The notes below the pieces were generated by a model. That model was not told where the DNA came from. It saw only the letters and a list, made by a program, of their open reading frames with translations, and made no database searches. This document shows, in pieces, positions 59,483-64,000 of a stretch of DNA of 64,000 nucleotides. This DNA is from Promethearchaeota archaeon (GTDB taxonomy: Archaea; Asgardarchaeota; Lokiarchaeia; Sigyniarchaeales; SOKP01), in NCBI GenBank assembly GCA_019058245.1, contig JAHPZJ010000013.1, forward strand, positions 201,166 through 265,165. The letters are read 5' to 3'. The stretch's first letter is position 1; each line of letters starts with the position of its first letter. The translations under genes and the position numbers were made by a program.

Positions 59483-60522
59483 TCTAATTCATTAAAGTAA
59501 GGTATTATCTTATCTCGAACTATTTCATAAACTTTATTAGGATCAGGTCCTCTATTCATAAAACTCATATTTGTAGCACCAGCTTGCTGATATTTTTCAA
59601 TACTAGAAATAACATCATCAGTAGTACCTATACAGTTTGTATCTTGTAATATTGTTTCGGGTAACTTATCTATATTATTCGCATAATCTAATAAATTTCC
59701 ACCAGTCATATCAACATCATGAACATTAGTAATTTCTGGTAGATTTAAGTTAGGATATGCTTCATTTGTAATATATGCATTTAATACATAAGAAGACTTA
59801 AAGAATTCACATCTTTTTAATGCATTATTAGGGTCATCATCGTCAATTGCTATAAAACAATCATAAACAAAATCGATATCAGATGGATTTCTATTACTCG
59901 CTTTCGCAATATCAGAGATTTCTTTTACATATTTTTTATAGAGCCATGGCGGCTGATAAAGTGGATACCAACCATCTGCTAATTCTCCAGTTATTTTGCG
60001 CGTTTTTGGACCATTACCCGCAACATAAATAGGGATTCTGTCTTGAATAGGTTTAATTTGAATATAAGCATTTTTAATTTCTCCCCAGAATTCACTATTT
60101 CTATTAACCCTTTTTTTTGTCCAGAAATCTCTCATTAAATTAATATATTCTCGTAATTTTGTAACTGATCTCTTTCTTTCTATACCATACATATCAATAT
60201 TCATTGCTTCCCCAGCTCCAAGTGCTATCATACCTCTTCCATTAGATATTTGATCTAACGTAGCTACTTTATGCGCCATTAATGCGGGATGAAAACGGTG
60301 ACAATCAGAAACTCCCGTACATAACATTATTTTTTTTGTTATCATCGCTAAAGATGATAAAAAACAATAAGCATCAAAACAAGTTCCTGGACCTGGAGGC
60401 AACATTGTTGTATGATCTGCATAAAAAACTCCAAAAAAGCCACATTCTTCTGCTTTTTTTGTACCATTGAACATATATTCAAGACGAGGTGTTGGTACAG
60501 GTATGTGAAAACTAAATCTCAT
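59479..60522 (-). CDS. LLM-class (luciferase-like, probably F420-dependent) oxidoreductase
   Basis: FYADH, HPALMAHKVATLDQISNGR..LGAG, ELADGW. Confidence 0.9.
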   Translation of the reverse strand: MRFSFHIPVPTPRLEYMFNGTKKAEECGFFGVFYADHTTMLPPGPGTCFDAYCFLSSLAMITKKIMLCTGVSDCHRFHPALMAHKVATLDQISNGRGMIALGAGEAMNIDMYGIERKRSVTKLREYINLMRDFWTKKRVNRNSEFWGEIKNAYIQIKPIQDRIPIYVAGNGPKTRKITGELADGWYPLYQPPWLYKKYVKEISDIAKASNRNPSDIDFVYDCFIAIDDDDPNNALKRCEFFKSSYVLNAYITNEAYPNLNLPEITNVHDVDMTGGNLLDYANNIDKLPETILQDTNCIGTTDDVISSIEKYQQAGATNMSFMNRGPDPNKVYEIVRDKIIPYFNELD

Positions 60523-60685
60523 TTTTTATTCTCACTCTTTATTATTCTCAAATTTTCGATAATAAAAATTCAAAATCTATAATTTAAATCATTTATTTTA
60601 ATAACTATAAAAATTTTAGACTTTAATAAAAGTTTTAGAATTTGTTATAATAATAAAAAAAATATAAGAAAGTGATAATAAAGAT

Positions 60686-61801
60686 ATGGACATTAAAATT
60701 GGGACGGAGGGAACATTTATTCCTCCCTTTGATCGAGGTATTGAAAGTGTAAAGAGAATCGAAGAAATTGGATATGATTCAATTTGGTTTGCGGATCATT
60801 TAATGGGATGGATCCCAGAATCGATTTGGACTCCAGACCTTATAGAATGGTCAAAACATCAAAAAAGTCCCCATGATTTTTTTGATGTTTATCCTGCAAT
60901 GTCAGTGGCAGCATGGAGCACTAAAAAAGTTCAATTAGGTACAAGTGTTACAGAAACTTTTAGGAGACATCCAGCTGTACTAGCTCAGACGTTTCTAACC
61001 TTAGATCATATCTCAAAAGGAAGAGCAATTCTCGGTATTGGTACTGGTGAAGGAGAAAATATTATTCCTTATGGTATTAAATGGGAAAAACCTGTTAGTA
61101 GATTAGAAGAGGCAATAAAAATAATAAAGCTTCTTTGGGAAAATGATGAAAAAGTTAATTATGATGGAGATTTTTGGAAATTAAAAAATGCCGTCCTTTC
61201 GGTAAAACCTTATGAAGAAGGAAAATATCCACCTATATGGATAGCTGCTCATGGTCCTAAAATGTGTGAATTAACAGGAAGACTTGGAGATGGTTGGTTA
61301 CCATCCAACTTTGATGTTAAAACCTTTAAAAATAGACTCAATCTTATTCATTCTTCAGCAAAAAAAGCTGGACGTAATCCAGAAGAAATTACACCAGGGT
61401 TATGGACCACTTTAATTATTGATGAAGATCATGGTGTCTGTGATGATTTATTAGAATCCCCATATGTAAAAAATTATACTTTAATTCAATCGAATGCTAC
61501 ATTTGAAGAATTTGGTATGTCGCACCCATTCGGTAAAGATTTCTATGGTCTTCTCGATTACATCCCAACTAATTATGATCGAGAAACTATGCTTGAAGCT
61601 ATGAGTAAGATTCCAAAAGAACTATTAAATAAACACTTTTTACATGGCACTCCAGATGAGATTATATCAAAAATTGAAAAATATGCTAAAGCTGGATTAA
61701 AACATATAGTTCTTTATAATATAACTTACAACTGCGATCTTTCTAAAGTAAAAAGCTCTTTTGGATGCTTAAAAAAAGTTATAAATTATTTTAAAAAATA
61801 A
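60686..61801 (+). CDS. LLM-class (probably F420-dependent) oxidoreductase
   Basis: WFADH, RRHPAVLAQTFLTLDHISKGRAILGIGTGE, AAHGPKM..GDGWLP. Confidence 0.92.
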   Translation: MDIKIGTEGTFIPPFDRGIESVKRIEEIGYDSIWFADHLMGWIPESIWTPDLIEWSKHQKSPHDFFDVYPAMSVAAWSTKKVQLGTSVTETFRRHPAVLAQTFLTLDHISKGRAILGIGTGEGENIIPYGIKWEKPVSRLEEAIKIIKLLWENDEKVNYDGDFWKLKNAVLSVKPYEEGKYPPIWIAAHGPKMCELTGRLGDGWLPSNFDVKTFKNRLNLIHSSAKKAGRNPEEITPGLWTTLIIDEDHGVCDDLLESPYVKNYTLIQSNATFEEFGMSHPFGKDFYGLLDYIPTNYDRETMLEAMSKIPKELLNKHFLHGTPDEIISKIEKYAKAGLKHIVLYNITYNCDLSKVKSSFGCLKKVINYFKK

Positions 61802-62352
61802 TTAGTAAGAGTTTTTATATAATTTCTTTTTTTTATACTTCTTTATATCCTTAACAAAAGGAATATAAATTTTTTATTAATAAACTTTTAATATTTTCTA
61901 TCTCGGTTTATTATACTTATAATCATATTAAAAAAAGAAAATTTGTATGGGGACTTACGATAAATTAATTGCTTTCATAATATAGAGATCTAGTTTTTAT
62001 AAATTGATCTAAATGACACATTGACGCTATTATTTTCCTGTTTCTTTTTCTTATAATATCGAATCAAGCCAAAAATCTCTTGAGGCTCACCAACAGGTGG
62101 TAAAAGTATATGAATATAGACAACATAGCTATAGTTACTATCTTTCATAATAATTCCATAGTTCAAACTAGTCTGGGTGGTCTGAATATCAGTTGATTGT
62201 AGAATATATCATAAGGCTCTTTTTCCCGTAAACGCATTATTTTCAAAAGTGTTTCTGTTGTAAATTATTTCAGGTATTTCAAAACTATGAATACAGATTT
62301 AAATGTTTATATAACTTAATATAAATCACCAATTATAACATAAAAGAAATGG

Positions 62353-62829
62353 ATGAAAATTATGGGAAAAAAAGTTCAAAAAGATGCAATGCAATTAGGA
62401 TTAACTAATCTCCCAAAATATACTTTTTATGCACAACCTAAAAAAGTTAAAGCGAAAGCTTCAAAGGTAAAACCAGATATTGCATATTCAATAGAAAATT
62501 GGATGACTAATATTGATCCTTCTGTCAAAATGAGTGAAAATGGTGGCAGAACTAGTGGATATTATTATCTAGCACCTGGATCAAATATTTATATCGAAGT
62601 GATGAGTAAAATGTTTGCTAAATCACGATTTACTATGTACAACGCAGATAAACAAGTCACCAAATTCGATATCTATACTAATAATGAAGATTACGTAAGA
62701 ACAATTGCTAAAGATATTAATTCTATATGGGATGATGGAATGATACCTCATCTTAACTATGAAAAACTTCAAAAGAAGTTTAAAGTTGGAAAAGAAGATA
62801 TCAAGTCCTCTTGGAATACTTTTCTTTAA
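62353..62829 (+). CDS. Hypothetical protein
   Basis: 158-aa ORF with normal composition followed by a T9 run at 62838-62846; no family recognised. Confidence 0.75.
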   Translation: MKIMGKKVQKDAMQLGLTNLPKYTFYAQPKKVKAKASKVKPDIAYSIENWMTNIDPSVKMSENGGRTSGYYYLAPGSNIYIEVMSKMFAKSRFTMYNADKQVTKFDIYTNNEDYVRTIAKDINSIWDDGMIPHLNYEKLQKKFKVGKEDIKSSWNTFL

Positions 62830-62891
62830 ATTAATTCTTTTTTTTTATATTTTCTCTCTTGTTTTATTGTATTGATATTAAGATCTGAAGA

Positions 62892-64000
62892 CTATTCGAT
62901 TTCAGTCTGAAGAATTTCTGATTCAATTTTATCTTTTACCTCAAATTCTGGCTTTTTAAATGCTTTCCTCCAAAAAAGAAATATTAATATAAATATTAAA
63001 CTAGATGTAAATGGTAAAATATTAGATGGGAGATAAGTAAGAATCAAACCTCCAAGAATTGGACAAAATATTTGTCCTATGCTAGTTAGAGAATTATTCA
63101 CTCCCAAGAGGCTTCCTGTTTCTTCCCTATTAACTGCTTTAGTTAGTTTACTAGATAAAATAGGTCGACCCACCCCTGTTCCATAAGATAAGAAGAATAA
63201 TGGGATAAAAAAGATAATAAAATTTGATGTAAACGCTAAAAAGACCATTGAAAAAATCAAACTAATAATCCCAGAAAATAAAAGAGCGTTTTCGCTAATT
63301 TTCTTTAATAAAGGGTCTATTAAAAGACTTTGAAATAATACTCTGGTAATTCCAATCCATGTTAAATAGATTCCTACCTCTTGTATAGAGATAGCTATTT
63401 GTTCCTGAGCAAATAAAGGAAAAACTGACATAAAGATAAAAAATCCGAAATTATAGATGAAAAATATTAATAAAAGACTTCGAATCTTTGAGGATTTGAA
63501 GAACCGTCTTGCTTCCTTTATTGGAATAACATCTTCAAATCTTAAACTAAATCTATCTTTTTTCTCAGTTAAAGATTCCGGTAAAAAGATAATAACCAAA
63601 ATAATTGAAAGTAAACTGATACCAGCGGCTAAGAACATGGGCGTAGAATAACTTATAATTGCGAGTGTTCCACCAATAAAAGGACCAAATGTTAAAGCTA
63701 ATCCAAAAATAGCACTTGAATATCCAAAAACTCTAGTCCTATTTTGAGGTGTAGTAATATCACTCAAATAAGCTTGACTCACTGTCATATTACTTCCTAA
63801 TAATCCATCAACTAGCCGAGCAGCTATGAGTATCCAAACATTTGTAGACATACCAAGAAGTATAAAACCTATAAAGGTACTAATTTGACTAAATATCAAG
63901 ATAGGTTTTCTACCAAACTGATCACTCAATTTTCCTGTAATAGGGCTGGCAATAAGTTGACATAAACTAAAAATACTGAGAATTAATCCTATCTGGAATG
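62892..64000 (-). CDS. MFS transporter (TetA/DHA1-like), 5'-truncated by the window edge
   Basis: Frame open to the edge (FQIGLILSIFSLCQLIASPITGKLSDQFGRKP); ARLVDGLLG, GPFIGG motifs. Confidence 0.9.
   Translation of the reverse strand, partial: FQIGLILSIFSLCQLIASPITGKLSDQFGRKPILIFSQISTFIGFILLGMSTNVWILIAARLVDGLLGSNMTVSQAYLSDITTPQNRTRVFGYSSAIFGLALTFGPFIGGTLAIISYSTPMFLAAGISLLSIILVIIFLPESLTEKKDRFSLRFEDVIPIKEARRFFKSSKIRSLLLIFFIYNFGFFIFMSVFPLFAQEQIAISIQEVGIYLTWIGITRVLFQSLLIDPLLKKISENALLFSGIISLIFSMVFLAFTSNFIIFFIPLFFLSYGTGVGRPILSSKLTKAVNREETGSLLGVNNSLTSIGQIFCPILGGLILTYLPSNILPFTSSLIFILIFLFWRKAFKKPEFEVKDKIESEILQTEIE

Noticed and set aside
62205-62215. In-frame TGA as selenocysteine
   Set aside because: No redox-motif context, no clear start and no recognisable SECIS
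213-63651. Remaining short ORFs nested in or antisense to long genes (e.g. 213..419, 3788..4006, 40135..40470, 49560..49916, 57447..57758)
   Set aside because: Fully overlap well-supported CDSs and show no motifs

Overview
Very AT-rich, gene-dense archaeal chromosome segment. The gene content points strongly to an Asgard archaeon of the Lokiarchaeia type: a divergent actin, a longin-small GTPase fusion, a RING-finger protein, SET domains, a Loki-CTERM-like anchor, and TFB paralogs. About 55 CDS include housekeeping and metabolic genes (gpmA, purD, topA, nfo, trmJ, tfb, AOR, acyl-CoA ligase) and many tandem paralog pairs (M32 peptidases, SET proteins, P-type ATPases, LLM oxidoreductases, MgtE halves). 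I see no rRNA, tRNA, CRISPR array or transposase. The top candidates for undescribed biology are: (1) a coiled-coil / proline-rich / WH2-like protein encoded directly upstream of a catalytically altered actin, which may be a nucleation-promoting-factor plus ARP module; (2) a four-member microprotein family sharing a gapless 46-aa motif, one copy tied to an RHH regulator, a palindromic operator array and a divergent cyclin-box protein; (3) two P-type ATPases whose PEGL ion-binding motif has become PINL/PLNI, reminiscent of lipid flippases; (4) an unannotated ORF interrupted by an in-frame amber codon inside a hairpin, and an MgtE pair separated by one in-frame TAA. All family assignments are by motif recognition only; no searches were run.
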